Below, piece after piece: positions 54,166 to 63,350 of a stretch of 64,000 nucleotides of DNA; position 1 is the first letter of the stretch, and the number at the start of each line of letters is the position of its first letter. The position numbers and the translations under genes were made by a program. The stretch is from an uncultured virus (IMG/VR IMGVR_UViG_3300021378_000017) (Duplodnaviria; Heunggongvirae; Uroviricota; Caudoviricetes): the IMG/VR virus record IMGVR_UViG_3300021378_000017; one strand, written 5' to 3'. Below the pieces are notes generated by a model that saw nothing but the letters and a program-made list of their open reading frames with translations, had not been told where the DNA came from and ran no database searches.

Positions 54166-56329
54166 ATGCTACTGCCTGGCCAAATTTGCTCATCAAACTC
54201 TTGTTAACCTTTTTACTTGAGCTATACTTTTTAAATGCTCTTGTTATTTGGCTTTTAGTTTGATCAGAAGTTGCTTCGAATTCGTCCTCGTCTGTACTAA
54301 ACTCTTTGTCTAACACAATGTAAAGATTATCGTAACCTTTACTGTTTTTGTACTCGATACATTTGTTTTTGTTTCTTTCCTTTAACTTTATTTTCTTATG
54401 CTTATCAAAACTGGTATCCCAATCATTAGCGTCTTTGTTTTGATCTCTATAACTTGAGAATATAGCACTATTTAGATCGCCTCTAGAATCAGCAATGTAA
54501 AATCCTATAACATTAACTCCGTATCTTTTCTTAAGATTTTGTAAAAGACTTTTAGTACCATTAACACCTCTTCCAGCTAGTGTTAACTTTTTGCCATCAA
54601 TGGTAGTTTTAATTTCTGCATCGTACCCATAGTATGAGCTCGTGGTAGGAAGCTTCTTGTCGCTAAGAGATCTATCTTCAATAATGCTTAATCTGTTTGT
54701 ATCGCCATCAGTGATTAACATAAGGTTAACTTTCTCTAGATTTTTTATTGCTTTAAACTTCTTAATTAACTTATGTGAACAAACTAGTGCGTGGTTTAAA
54801 GGTGTTGATCCCCATTCTTCGCATCTAGCATATATTGAATAATCATGAGGTCCTCTAGCACATTCCATTCTAGCATAAAGATATTTTAAAGCTAATTCAA
54901 AATCATTCTTTTTAAGATCTGAATGAATAAGCTGTGGCATTGATAGATTATCCATCTGAAAATCACCATCTCTATAAGAAGTATAATCATGATTGCCACC
55001 AGTTGTAAATGCATATACGTCAAATGGTATATTAACTGTTTTGCAAAATATAATGCTATGGATTAACTGCTCTAGTACATTACTTAAAACACCAGCCATT
55101 GATCCAGAATAATCGATTAACATAAACATTCCATGATTTTTAGAATTGGCTAGGTTAGTCGTTTGTGAAAAAATGTCTTCTGATATTTTGTATGAGTGTA
55201 ATTTGTTAACATCAATTCTACCAGTTTTTGCTGTAGTAGCATACTGCCATTGATGCGCAGCTTTCTTTTGCTCAAATTCTTTTACTGCTGGCTGAACTGC
55301 TTTCTTAACTTTACTTAAGTACTTTTTGAATTCTACTTCCATATTCATTGTAAGAACTTGTTTTTTGTTAACAGTTCCATCTTCATATTCGTGATTAAAG
55401 CTTTCTAATACCTCTTTTCTTCTAGACATTAAATCTTTAAATGGAATAACATATGGTGTAACGTCCTTAACATCATTAGCATAAAACGTATTTGATGACT
55501 CAGGTATTAACTCCTTTTCCTTTGCTCTAAAGATATCATCTGTAATAGATACATCTTCATCACTATGCTCTGGTAAAGGCGAAGCTACTGCTTTCTCCGC
55601 TTGTCCTGGTTCTTCAGAATCGTCAGATTCCTCGCCGTCTCTTGGTTCCTCTTCAGTAGCCTCTTGTTCTTTACTTAGTGTTTGCTCAAAATCATCATGA
55701 CCTTGAGTAGTAGGATCGTTATTTTCTTCAGTATCGCTTTCATCAAAATCTGGAAGCGTCTCTGGTTTTTGAATTAGTTCTTCTTGGTTTTCTTTAGTAT
55801 AAGCTAAAATATCTCTAACAACATCTAAAACTTCTTGAAATGATTCAGTAACCATTGTAGCGTTATATAATGCTGATTCTTCTGGATTCATTGGGACATC
55901 TAATAATGTACCAATCTTAGCTTTAAGATTAATTTTATCAATGAGTTTTACATTATCCCAATCAATATCAGTAAGATCACCAAAGAATTCCTTAGCTACT
56001 AATGAAGTATATCCTCTTGCCATTGGTCCAACCAATCCAGGATATTTTGATTTAATGTTTTTCTCAATTCTAGCGTCTTCAACTACATTAATGTATGACC
56101 TAGGACATCCTTCTAATTTTTCTGGGCTATCGTGCCAGCCTTCGTATGGAGTAAATAATGCATGGCCTACTTCGTGACCTATAAGAAGATCCTCAACGTC
56201 CTTTGTCATGTCTTTCCAATCTGGAAGACCTAGTACTCTGGATTTAATATCAAACCAAGCAGTATTATAATTACCAACTTGAACGGTGATATTTTCTGTT
56301 GCTAGAAGTTTTGCTAAACTATTATTCAT
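54164..56329 (-). CDS. HExxH metallopeptidase + VWA (CobT-like) protein
   Basis: HEVGH, NVVEDARIE, acidic linker, MIDAS LIDYSGSM, TPL, ITDG. Confidence 0.85.
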   Translation of the reverse strand: MNNSLAKLLATENITVQVGNYNTAWFDIKSRVLGLPDWKDMTKDVEDLLIGHEVGHALFTPYEGWHDSPEKLEGCPRSYINVVEDARIEKNIKSKYPGLVGPMARGYTSLVAKEFFGDLTDIDWDNVKLIDKINLKAKIGTLLDVPMNPEESALYNATMVTESFQEVLDVVRDILAYTKENQEELIQKPETLPDFDESDTEENNDPTTQGHDDFEQTLSKEQEATEEEPRDGEESDDSEEPGQAEKAVASPLPEHSDEDVSITDDIFRAKEKELIPESSNTFYANDVKDVTPYVIPFKDLMSRRKEVLESFNHEYEDGTVNKKQVLTMNMEVEFKKYLSKVKKAVQPAVKEFEQKKAAHQWQYATTAKTGRIDVNKLHSYKISEDIFSQTTNLANSKNHGMFMLIDYSGSMAGVLSNVLEQLIHSIIFCKTVNIPFDVYAFTTGGNHDYTSYRDGDFQMDNLSMPQLIHSDLKKNDFELALKYLYARMECARGPHDYSIYARCEEWGSTPLNHALVCSHKLIKKFKAIKNLEKVNLMLITDGDTNRLSIIEDRSLSDKKLPTTSSYYGYDAEIKTTIDGKKLTLAGRGVNGTKSLLQNLKKRYGVNVIGFYIADSRGDLNSAIFSSYRDQNKDANDWDTSFDKHKKIKLKERNKNKCIEYKNSKGYDNLYIVLDKEFSTDEDEFEATSDQTKSQITRAFKKYSSSKKVNKSLMSKFGQAVA

Positions 56330-56553
56330 TAATGTGCTACCCTTGAAACGCCGTCGACCACGATTTTTTCTAAATCCCAGTTGCCGTCGTTGATTGTAAT
56401 GTCTGACCTAGAGGCCACTGAAGCTACCATTAAGTCCCAGCTATCATTTATAGTAGGGCCTTTATCCATAGCCAATTGCATCTCTTTGCCGTTTAAAGGA
56501 ACCTCTTGAATGATCCCTGTAGCGATGTGGTGTAAAATTAAACCTTGTTTCAT
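56329..56553 (-). CDS. Hypothetical early protein
   Basis: Strong RBS; first gene after promoter. Confidence 0.55.
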   Translation of the reverse strand: MKQGLILHHIATGIIQEVPLNGKEMQLAMDKGPTINDSWDLMVASVASRSDITINDGNWDLEKIVVDGVSRVAH

Positions 56554-56581
56554 AATCCTTATCTCCTTAATTTATATAACT

Positions 56582-56645
56582 ATTATACCAGGCTGATGGT
56601 GGATTGTACAGGGTTTTCTGCATTTATTTGCAAAATAATTAGCCT
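56582..56645 (-). promoter_or_regulatory. Early promoter with conserved upstream repeat (copy 3)
   Basis: 41 bp identical to 33591-33631. Confidence 0.85.
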
Positions 56646-56698
56646 ATTTTACACTTTTGTCTACATAAAAATGTAACCTTTATGCACTTTTATGTAGA

Positions 56699-58414
56699 TT
56701 ACTTTATTTTAGAAAAGTTTCTGTCTTTATAGAACTCTATTTTAGACCTAAATTTATTCTCTAGAACATCGCCTTTATGTGATATAATAAACACATTGGT
56801 TCCTTCCTCTAGTGTATTTAGGATTTTAGTGAGGTTATCAATACCATCAAGATCTAGTGATGAGTCAAATGTCTCATCTAAAACTAGTAAGTTAGTGGCA
56901 GCTGAATTTTTCATTTTAGCAATCATTCGCCATGTGAACAATAATGCTAAATCGATTCTTTGCTTTTCACCTTCTGAGAATGATGAATAGTTAAATGCAT
57001 CCCTATGACGACTCCTAATGGTTTCGTTAAATGCTTCGTCTAAATGAAAAGCTACAAAGAAATCCAATACTTGTAAATACTGATTTATAAATCTATTCAT
57101 TACAGGCAAATACTGTTTAATAACTTTGGTTTTAATTCCAGTATCTTTAAGCATTTCACCTATAACTTCGTTGTATGTTCTTTCTTCTACATATGACAAT
57201 TTCTTTTCTGTCATAGTATCTTTCTTTTCTCTTTGGTCTGATAGGTCAGTCTTTGCGGTAGTTATATCACCTGATTGACCATTAAGGCTTCTAATATCTT
57301 TTTGTATTTTATCGATTTCTTTTTGTAGTAAACCTACAGCTTCGTTATTTGTAGTTATTTGATTTTGTTTTTTCAGTAAATGGTCTATTGTCTTTTTGGC
57401 TAAGGTTGCTTCTTTTTCTAAAAAGTTGACTTGTTTTACAACCTTAGACATTTCGTTTTGAATCTTATTCGCTTCCTCTTTAATCTGAGTAAGTTTAGCT
57501 TCTTTAAAACTATCCTCTAGGTCATGATCGCATGTAGGACAATGATCGTTGTCTTCATAAAATCTAGCCTCTTTAACCATACCTTTTATTTTATCGGTTA
57601 GTTCGTGTTCTTTTCTTTGAAGTTGTCTTATATCAGAATCAGTAACTGCATATGATCTATTAATTTCTTCTAGATTTGTAGATAAATTTTCACTAAGCTC
57701 TGCAGACTTATCGATATATCCTTTGATTTCTGTTTTATGTTCTTTCATTGTAGCATACTTAGCATCAATCATATCTTGATTAATACCTTGAAGATCTTTA
57801 ATATATTTAGTTTGGCTTTGTATTTTAGATTTTACTAATTCTAAGTTATGGTCTAAATCTATTAGTTCATCTTTAATTTTAGAATTCCTTTCCTTTAATA
57901 GACCATTCATCTTACTAAAAATGTTAATGTCTAATAAATCTTCAATGACTGCTCTACGCGACCATGGTGGTAATTGCATAAAAGGAATAAACGAACTGCT
58001 ACCTAGTACTACTACCTGGTGAAACGATTTATGATTAAGTTTAAGTATGTTTTGTTCTAAAAACTTTTGATAATCTCTGGCATTAGCTGCTTGGTTGATT
58101 ATTTTTCCATTTTGAAATATCTCAAACTTAGTAGGTTTAATAGTTCTTCTGACTTTAAAATCAACTCCACCAATTTCAAATTCAACTTCTACTTCAGTAC
58201 CCTTTTTATTAATAGAATTAACCAATTGGTCTTTCTTAATATCTCTATGTGCCTTACCAAATAGAGAATATGATAACGCATCTAGTAATGTAGATTTACC
58301 TGCTCCATTTGATCCTACTATAAGAGTAGATGGTGTTTTATCTAGTTGTATTTTTGTAAATTCGTTTCCAGTAGACAAAAAGTTCTTCCACTTTACATAC
58401 TTAAAATTTATCAT
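56699..58414 (-). CDS. 46: Recombination endonuclease subunit gp46 (Rad50/SbcC-like)
   Basis: GSNGAGKST, CPTC hook, FSEGEKQRID, LDETFD, ISH. Confidence 0.96.
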   Translation of the reverse strand: MINFKYVKWKNFLSTGNEFTKIQLDKTPSTLIVGSNGAGKSTLLDALSYSLFGKAHRDIKKDQLVNSINKKGTEVEVEFEIGGVDFKVRRTIKPTKFEIFQNGKIINQAANARDYQKFLEQNILKLNHKSFHQVVVLGSSSFIPFMQLPPWSRRAVIEDLLDINIFSKMNGLLKERNSKIKDELIDLDHNLELVKSKIQSQTKYIKDLQGINQDMIDAKYATMKEHKTEIKGYIDKSAELSENLSTNLEEINRSYAVTDSDIRQLQRKEHELTDKIKGMVKEARFYEDNDHCPTCDHDLEDSFKEAKLTQIKEEANKIQNEMSKVVKQVNFLEKEATLAKKTIDHLLKKQNQITTNNEAVGLLQKEIDKIQKDIRSLNGQSGDITTAKTDLSDQREKKDTMTEKKLSYVEERTYNEVIGEMLKDTGIKTKVIKQYLPVMNRFINQYLQVLDFFVAFHLDEAFNETIRSRHRDAFNYSSFSEGEKQRIDLALLFTWRMIAKMKNSAATNLLVLDETFDSSLDLDGIDNLTKILNTLEEGTNVFIISHKGDVLENKFRSKIEFYKDRNFSKIK

Positions 58415-59472
58415 ACGACCTCTAGGTTCTGAGCTTCAGTATAAAGCTTTCTCAATTCAATTTTTAAATGATCTTTATCTAATTCTGTATCGACAGCTTC
58501 AACATATGAATCTAGTAAAACAGTAGTATCTTCAAGGGAAACTTTATCGTCCTCAACGCTATCTCCTAAGAATTCTTCAAAGTTTTCTGCTATTTTTAAT
58601 TCGTATGTTTCAGTAGATTGCAATCTATCGATAAATTTATCAAACATGTATAGATTGTTTTTATTTAATACTATAATCTTAACAAATTTTTCTTTAAACT
58701 GTTCCATATCAATATCAGAATAATCATGTTTTTCATCGTCATAAACAAACTTTTTAAACATTGTAATAGGATTACGCACTGGTGTAATCTCTCGTGTTTC
58801 TGTATCTAATATGTGGAAATATTTTGGATCATCAACATCTGCCCAAGTAAACTCAAATTGTGAACCAAGATAATGGATTGGTCCTCTCGATGATTTCGTA
58901 TGGAAATGTCCTGACAACACTAACTCAAATCTTTGGAATATATCAGATTCCATACCGTGAGGATTTGATATACCTGCCATCATATCAAAACCTTTTAACT
59001 CAAGATGTGCTCCTACGATAGAAGCTTTACAGTTTTTAAGGAATTTTGTATATTCAGCATAATTAGAATTGTTAATCCATGGAATTGCAGCAACACCGCA
59101 ACCAGCATAATCTAATACTTTAGGTTTCATAATGATATTGACATTAGATGTAAAATAACCTAGCAATTCTTTTAGAGAACAAAGCTCATTAGTATTTTTA
59201 AAATATACATCATGATTACCAGGTATAATATCCATAGTAATACCAGCATCTCGCATTGGTTCTAAGAAGTCTCTACGGTTTTGGTTAAGAGCTTTAAAGT
59301 TAACGAATTTACGGTGTTCGTAGTAATCGCCTAGGTGAAGTATTTGTTTAATATCATGTTCTTTTAAGTAAGGAAAGAATACTTCCTCGTAAAATCTTCT
59401 TTGATAGTTTAAAAATATATCTGATGAATTTCTTACACCACAATGTGTATCGTTTAAAATAGCTACTTTCAT
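58411..59472 (-). CDS. 47: Recombination endonuclease subunit gp47 (Mre11/SbcD-like)
   Basis: DTHCG, HLGD, GNHD, GHLE, SGHFH. Confidence 0.96.
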   Translation of the reverse strand: MKVAILNDTHCGVRNSSDIFLNYQRRFYEEVFFPYLKEHDIKQILHLGDYYEHRKFVNFKALNQNRRDFLEPMRDAGITMDIIPGNHDVYFKNTNELCSLKELLGYFTSNVNIIMKPKVLDYAGCGVAAIPWINNSNYAEYTKFLKNCKASIVGAHLELKGFDMMAGISNPHGMESDIFQRFELVLSGHFHTKSSRGPIHYLGSQFEFTWADVDDPKYFHILDTETREITPVRNPITMFKKFVYDDEKHDYSDIDMEQFKEKFVKIIVLNKNNLYMFDKFIDRLQSTETYELKIAENFEEFLGDSVEDDKVSLEDTTVLLDSYVEAVDTELDKDHLKIELRKLYTEAQNLEVV

Positions 59473-59473
59473 A

Positions 59474-60040
59474 TTATACCATAAATAATTCTAGTTTTTC
59501 TAAATCTTTTTCTGCCTTAGCAAACTTCTTAATCTTTTCGTCAGAAGTTTTAACCTTAGCAATTCGTTGTCTTAGTGTATCGACATACTCCATGGTTTGT
59601 TGTGCACCTGCATCATCCATTCCCATTTGAGCAAAATCTTCGATACCCATTCTTTCAATAAACCTAAATTTAATATCCTGTTGCTTTTTCTCTTTTGTAA
59701 TTCTACGAATAAACGCAAAGTAACAAATTTGAGTAAAGTAAGAAAACGCATTTGGCTTTCCAGTTCTTGTTGCTGTTTCAATATTGTAATTAGAAATAGC
59801 CTTTAAACAATTTTCTACTGCATCCATAACCATTTCTTCTCTGTATGTGTATCTTACAAAGTTTGGTCTGTGGGATAAACCTTCTGATATTTTTAAGAAG
59901 CAAGAGGCAATATAGTTAGTAACCTTAGGGGTTTCTTTACCTTCTTCTTCCAACTTATTTTTATTAGTAACATACTCAACTACAGCGAGTGAAAATTCTT
60001 TGTTATTAATATAGTGTGGCTTTTGCTTTGGATCTGCCAT
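59474..60040 (-). CDS. 55: Late-transcription sigma factor gp55
   Basis: HYINNKEF, LSHRPNF..YTYREEMVMDAVENC, NAFSYFTQI..FAFIRRI.KEK; early promoter at 60076-60104. Confidence 0.95.
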   Translation of the reverse strand: MADPKQKPHYINNKEFSLAVVEYVTNKNKLEEEGKETPKVTNYIASCFLKISEGLSHRPNFVRYTYREEMVMDAVENCLKAISNYNIETATRTGKPNAFSYFTQICYFAFIRRITKEKKQQDIKFRFIERMGIEDFAQMGMDDAGAQQTMEYVDTLRQRIAKVKTSDEKIKKFAKAEKDLEKLELFMV

Positions 60041-60089
60041 AGTTAAATCTCCATTATTAATGTTGTATAGGTACTATTATACCATAAAT

Positions 60090-60293
60090 TCACTCATTTG
60101 TACATAGTTTTGTGAATGTTGTTTGCATGAATCCCTCATCTGTTTTATTAACGCTAACGCGTAGGGTGTCCCCATCATTAAAGTTAAAAAACTTTTGAAC
60201 ATTAAGCTCTTTATCAAGTACTAATGCTTTATCTTTTCGATGTATTCTGTATTCACAAAACATCATCTCATTTTGATCAGGTTTATATATCAT
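60090..60293 (-). CDS. Hypothetical protein
   Basis: ORF track. Confidence 0.5.
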   Translation of the reverse strand: MIYKPDQNEMMFCEYRIHRKDKALVLDKELNVQKFFNFNDGDTLRVSVNKTDEGFMQTTFTKLCTNE

Positions 60294-60321
60294 TTTAATT
60301 GCCCTTTATTGCAGAAAGTCC

Positions 60322-60350
60322 TGTACAAATTACAGAAAACGTGGTATAAT
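60322..60350 (+). promoter_or_regulatory. Early-type promoter on the plus strand (antisense to genome flow)
   Basis: TGCAGAAAGTCC-TGTACA-N17-TATAAT, with TGG extension. Confidence 0.7.
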
Positions 60351-60383
60351 AATAGAGTGGTTCCGAGGGAGGGTAATATAAAG

Positions 60384-60782
60384 CTAATGTATTGTTCGTT
60401 CCTTTGTATCATCATCAACTGATGGTTCCTCCATATCACTAGTAGGATCGATGTCTCTTAACATTCTGACATATTCCTCTAGACCTTCAGAGTCCGAATC
60501 GCCGACAGGCGTCTCTAAAGTTCTTTTCTGTGAAGCTATACTGATGTAAGCCTCTCTTATTTCAGCACTTATTTCGGCTGAATGAATAATTCTTGATCGT
60601 AGTATTTTAAATAGGGTTTGGTCTGAAAATTGGAACCAAGGAGTTAATTGGTATTGACCAACTAAGTTCTGAATAAGTTTAAACGGTCTCTCGACAATAT
60701 AATTTTCACCATCAACCTTGTTGACCAAAGCAATAACGTCTTCGCCACTGTATAATTTAAATTGTCTTACCGATATGTCCAT
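60384..60782 (-). CDS. Sm-like hypothetical protein downstream of uvsW
   Basis: QFKLYSGEDVIA...P....LTPW. Confidence 0.6.
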   Translation of the reverse strand: MDISVRQFKLYSGEDVIALVNKVDGENYIVERPFKLIQNLVGQYQLTPWFQFSDQTLFKILRSRIIHSAEISAEIREAYISIASQKRTLETPVGDSDSEGLEEYVRMLRDIDPTSDMEEPSVDDDTKERTIH

Positions 60783-62293
60783 TAAATTTTTATCTCAAAT
60801 ATTTTATAATTAAACTTCTCTTTACTATATATGCTAATTCGTACACCTGCGTGCTCTAATGTGTAATTCTTCTTGTTCTTCCAATGTAGGTCATCTGCAA
60901 TATCGTACACTTTAGTATTTATACCATCTGCACTCTTCCGCAACCCTCTTCCTATGCTTTGTAAAACCCTAATTTGAGACTTACTTGGTGAAGCAAATAC
61001 GATATTATGAAGACGCTTAATATTAATTCCAGTAGAAAAAGTACCCATGGAAGCAACAATAATTGCGTTATCTTGTTGCTCTGTGATTGATCTAATCTTC
61101 TCCCTAGTATCGACATCGGTTTCTCCTGAGACATAAAATAATTTTCTTTCCTCGGAACGAGGTAGTTTACTTATCTTATCCTGTAAAAGCGAGTGCAATG
61201 GTTTACCATGCTTCTCTACAAATTGAAATAGTATAAGTGTGTTTCCATCTTGGTCTAAAGCTAAATTACTAATAAAGTTATTCCGTGGTTCGTACTTTAC
61301 AATAAAATCTAACTCATCGTGGTATTTCATTTTCTTCACAAGCTTACAATACTCGTCAGCATACTTTAAGAGCAATACCTGAATCTCTAATTGTGCTAAT
61401 GTATTTTTATCCATTAACTCTTTAGTTGTTGTAACTTTATGTACAGGCCCAAACAAACCTTCTAAAACTAACTGATGAGTTAATGTACCATCAAGAGTTC
61501 CTGTCGTACCTACTCTGTATTTAGCTTCCGTACATTTTTCTAATATTGACGTTAATGACTTAGCTTTAAATGAATGTGCCTCATCTCCTATAACCATACC
61601 GTATTGTTCAAACCATTCATGGTGCATCTTATATATTGATTGCCATGTGGTAATAATGACCCTAGGTTTTATATTATATTTTTCCTTACCTGAGTATATT
61701 CTATGGCAGTTATCTTCTACGTTCCAATCCTCAAGTTGAGAATAGTCATTAAAGTCAGAATACATCTGTTCAACAAGTGACGTCGTTGGTACTACTAAAA
61801 GGACTTTGTTATCATACGTCTCTAAGTAATATCTAACAGCTAAATATATAATCAAACTCTTTCCAGAAGCCGTTGGTGATAGTAGAAGGCTTTTAGTTTT
61901 AGAAAGCAAGAGCGAGAGTGCCGTAAGTTGATAGTCATGGGGGATAATACCCTTACCGTTCACGCTAGGCCGTAATTCACTCATAAACCCTTCAATATCA
62001 ATAATTTGTTCAATATCAGGCCTTGAATAGTACTCATCTTCCTCTATCTTCAGGGTGTAGTCCCTAACTTCACAAAATTCATTGAGGTATTGGAACAATC
62101 CACCATACAACGTCTTACGCCTAAGATCGTACAAGCGTATTTTACCGTCCCACATCCTATTTTTATACGCTGGCATGAATTTATACCCTGGAACGTAAAA
62201 ACAGAAGTGTTCTGTTAACTCTTGCTCGATACCAGGATCAGTTAGTATCTGTATAAAGGTTTCGTTAAGTTTCTTAACTGTCACTATGTCCAT
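60782..62293 (-). CDS. uvsW: SF2 helicase UvsW
   Basis: PTASGKS, VPTTSLV.QM, DEAH, TTGT, QSIGRGLR. Confidence 0.96.
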   Translation of the reverse strand: MDIVTVKKLNETFIQILTDPGIEQELTEHFCFYVPGYKFMPAYKNRMWDGKIRLYDLRRKTLYGGLFQYLNEFCEVRDYTLKIEEDEYYSRPDIEQIIDIEGFMSELRPSVNGKGIIPHDYQLTALSLLLSKTKSLLLSPTASGKSLIIYLAVRYYLETYDNKVLLVVPTTSLVEQMYSDFNDYSQLEDWNVEDNCHRIYSGKEKYNIKPRVIITTWQSIYKMHHEWFEQYGMVIGDEAHSFKAKSLTSILEKCTEAKYRVGTTGTLDGTLTHQLVLEGLFGPVHKVTTTKELMDKNTLAQLEIQVLLLKYADEYCKLVKKMKYHDELDFIVKYEPRNNFISNLALDQDGNTLILFQFVEKHGKPLHSLLQDKISKLPRSEERKLFYVSGETDVDTREKIRSITEQQDNAIIVASMGTFSTGINIKRLHNIVFASPSKSQIRVLQSIGRGLRKSADGINTKVYDIADDLHWKNKKNYTLEHAGVRISIYSKEKFNYKIFEIKI

Positions 62294-62740
62294 TTAAATA
62301 CCACTAGTAAACTTTCTCCACTCAATCATATTCTTAATAGTTTGATGTCTCCACTTAACATTATCTAAAATTTCCTTTAGTGTATCTGCAGTGGTTTTAA
62401 GATACTCAATGCGCGCCTGAGCTTTTTGAATATCAGGATCTGAATCGTAGTAATAATCCATATCACCCTTTAATACTTTTAACCCATTTAATGGATCATA
62501 ATCCCAGCCTCTATCGTCAATATCTTCTTTGGACATTTTTCCATTATAGTGCAACCATTTATCTTTAAGTAAGACCTTAAATTCCATTTCTCTTTTCTTA
62601 AGATCTAAACGATTATGTGTTACAAATTCGAGGTATTTTGCGTGGAGTTTTGCTGAGTCTTTAGAAGATTCGTCAAGTTGCATTTCATCAATGTTTGAGT
62701 CTTTCTTCCACATTTCTAATATTTTTTCAATATCTAACAT
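62294..62740 (-). CDS. uvsY: Recombination mediator UvsY
   Basis: LHAKYL, W.HYNGK, IKNMIEWRKF; synteny. Confidence 0.9.
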   Translation of the reverse strand: MLDIEKILEMWKKDSNIDEMQLDESSKDSAKLHAKYLEFVTHNRLDLKKREMEFKVLLKDKWLHYNGKMSKEDIDDRGWDYDPLNGLKVLKGDMDYYYDSDPDIQKAQARIEYLKTTADTLKEILDNVKWRHQTIKNMIEWRKFTSGI

Positions 62741-62777
62741 AATTAATTTCCTATACTACTATATATGATAGTAGTTA

Positions 62778-63242
62778 TTATATAAATTCAAACGAGGTAT
62801 ATTTAAAAGTTACGTCTGCTTGTAAGTATTCAATTTCAGTAGCACCTGTTGTAAATTCAACACCACTTAAACTAATAGGAAAAACATCTGAGAACCTAAT
62901 AGTTTTACTTACGTTATTGTGTGAGGTTAATATACTTAAAATGGCATCAGATTTAAATTGCTCTCCAACATTAACTATATTATGAATCCAATCAAAAGTT
63001 TCCTTATAGTTATCCATATCTTCAGTAATATTAAACTTAACAGTTAAATCATCGAATGTAATTCTGTCTCCAGTAAACCCTACATTAGCTCCTCTGAAAG
63101 GCATTGGTGCTTCAGCAATACTAATTGATGGTAAAGATACTGCAGTACAAAAGTATTCTAAATTAGGGTACAATTGATTGTCAATAGTAAATTTAAATCC
63201 AACAGGACTTAAATAGTTTTTATTTGAAGTTAGTGTAGCCAT
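62778..63242 (-). CDS. 3: Tail completion / sheath stabiliser gp3
   Basis: NYLSPVGFKF, FCTAVSLPSI, F.ITEDMDNY, FPISLS; late promoter at 63261-63268. Confidence 0.8.
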   Translation of the reverse strand: MATLTSNKNYLSPVGFKFTIDNQLYPNLEYFCTAVSLPSISIAEAPMPFRGANVGFTGDRITFDDLTVKFNITEDMDNYKETFDWIHNIVNVGEQFKSDAILSILTSHNNVSKTIRFSDVFPISLSGVEFTTGATEIEYLQADVTFKYTSFEFI

Positions 63243-63291
63243 ATAATAATCTCCTAATACTATTTATAAGTCTTTTAGCATAGAACTCAGA

Positions 63292-63320
63292 CAAAAAAAG
63301 AGGGATCCTAAGACCCCTCT
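63292..63320 (-). terminator. Intrinsic terminator after gene 23
   Basis: AGAGGGGTC-TTAGG-GATCCCTCT followed by T7. Confidence 0.85.
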
Positions 63321-63350
63321 CCATCAGAATTAGAATTAACTAATTACGGT

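Noticed and set aside
52935..56329. Cobalamin biosynthesis (cobS/cobT) as an auxiliary metabolic pathway
   Set aside because: No cobN or other cob genes; a generic MoxR/VWA pair is the simpler reading.
2339..60422. Other plus-strand and nested ORFs in the track (e.g. 7503..7931, 25305..25730, 46482..46982, 22881..23138)
   Set aside because: They overlap well-supported minus-strand genes and show no recognisable motifs.
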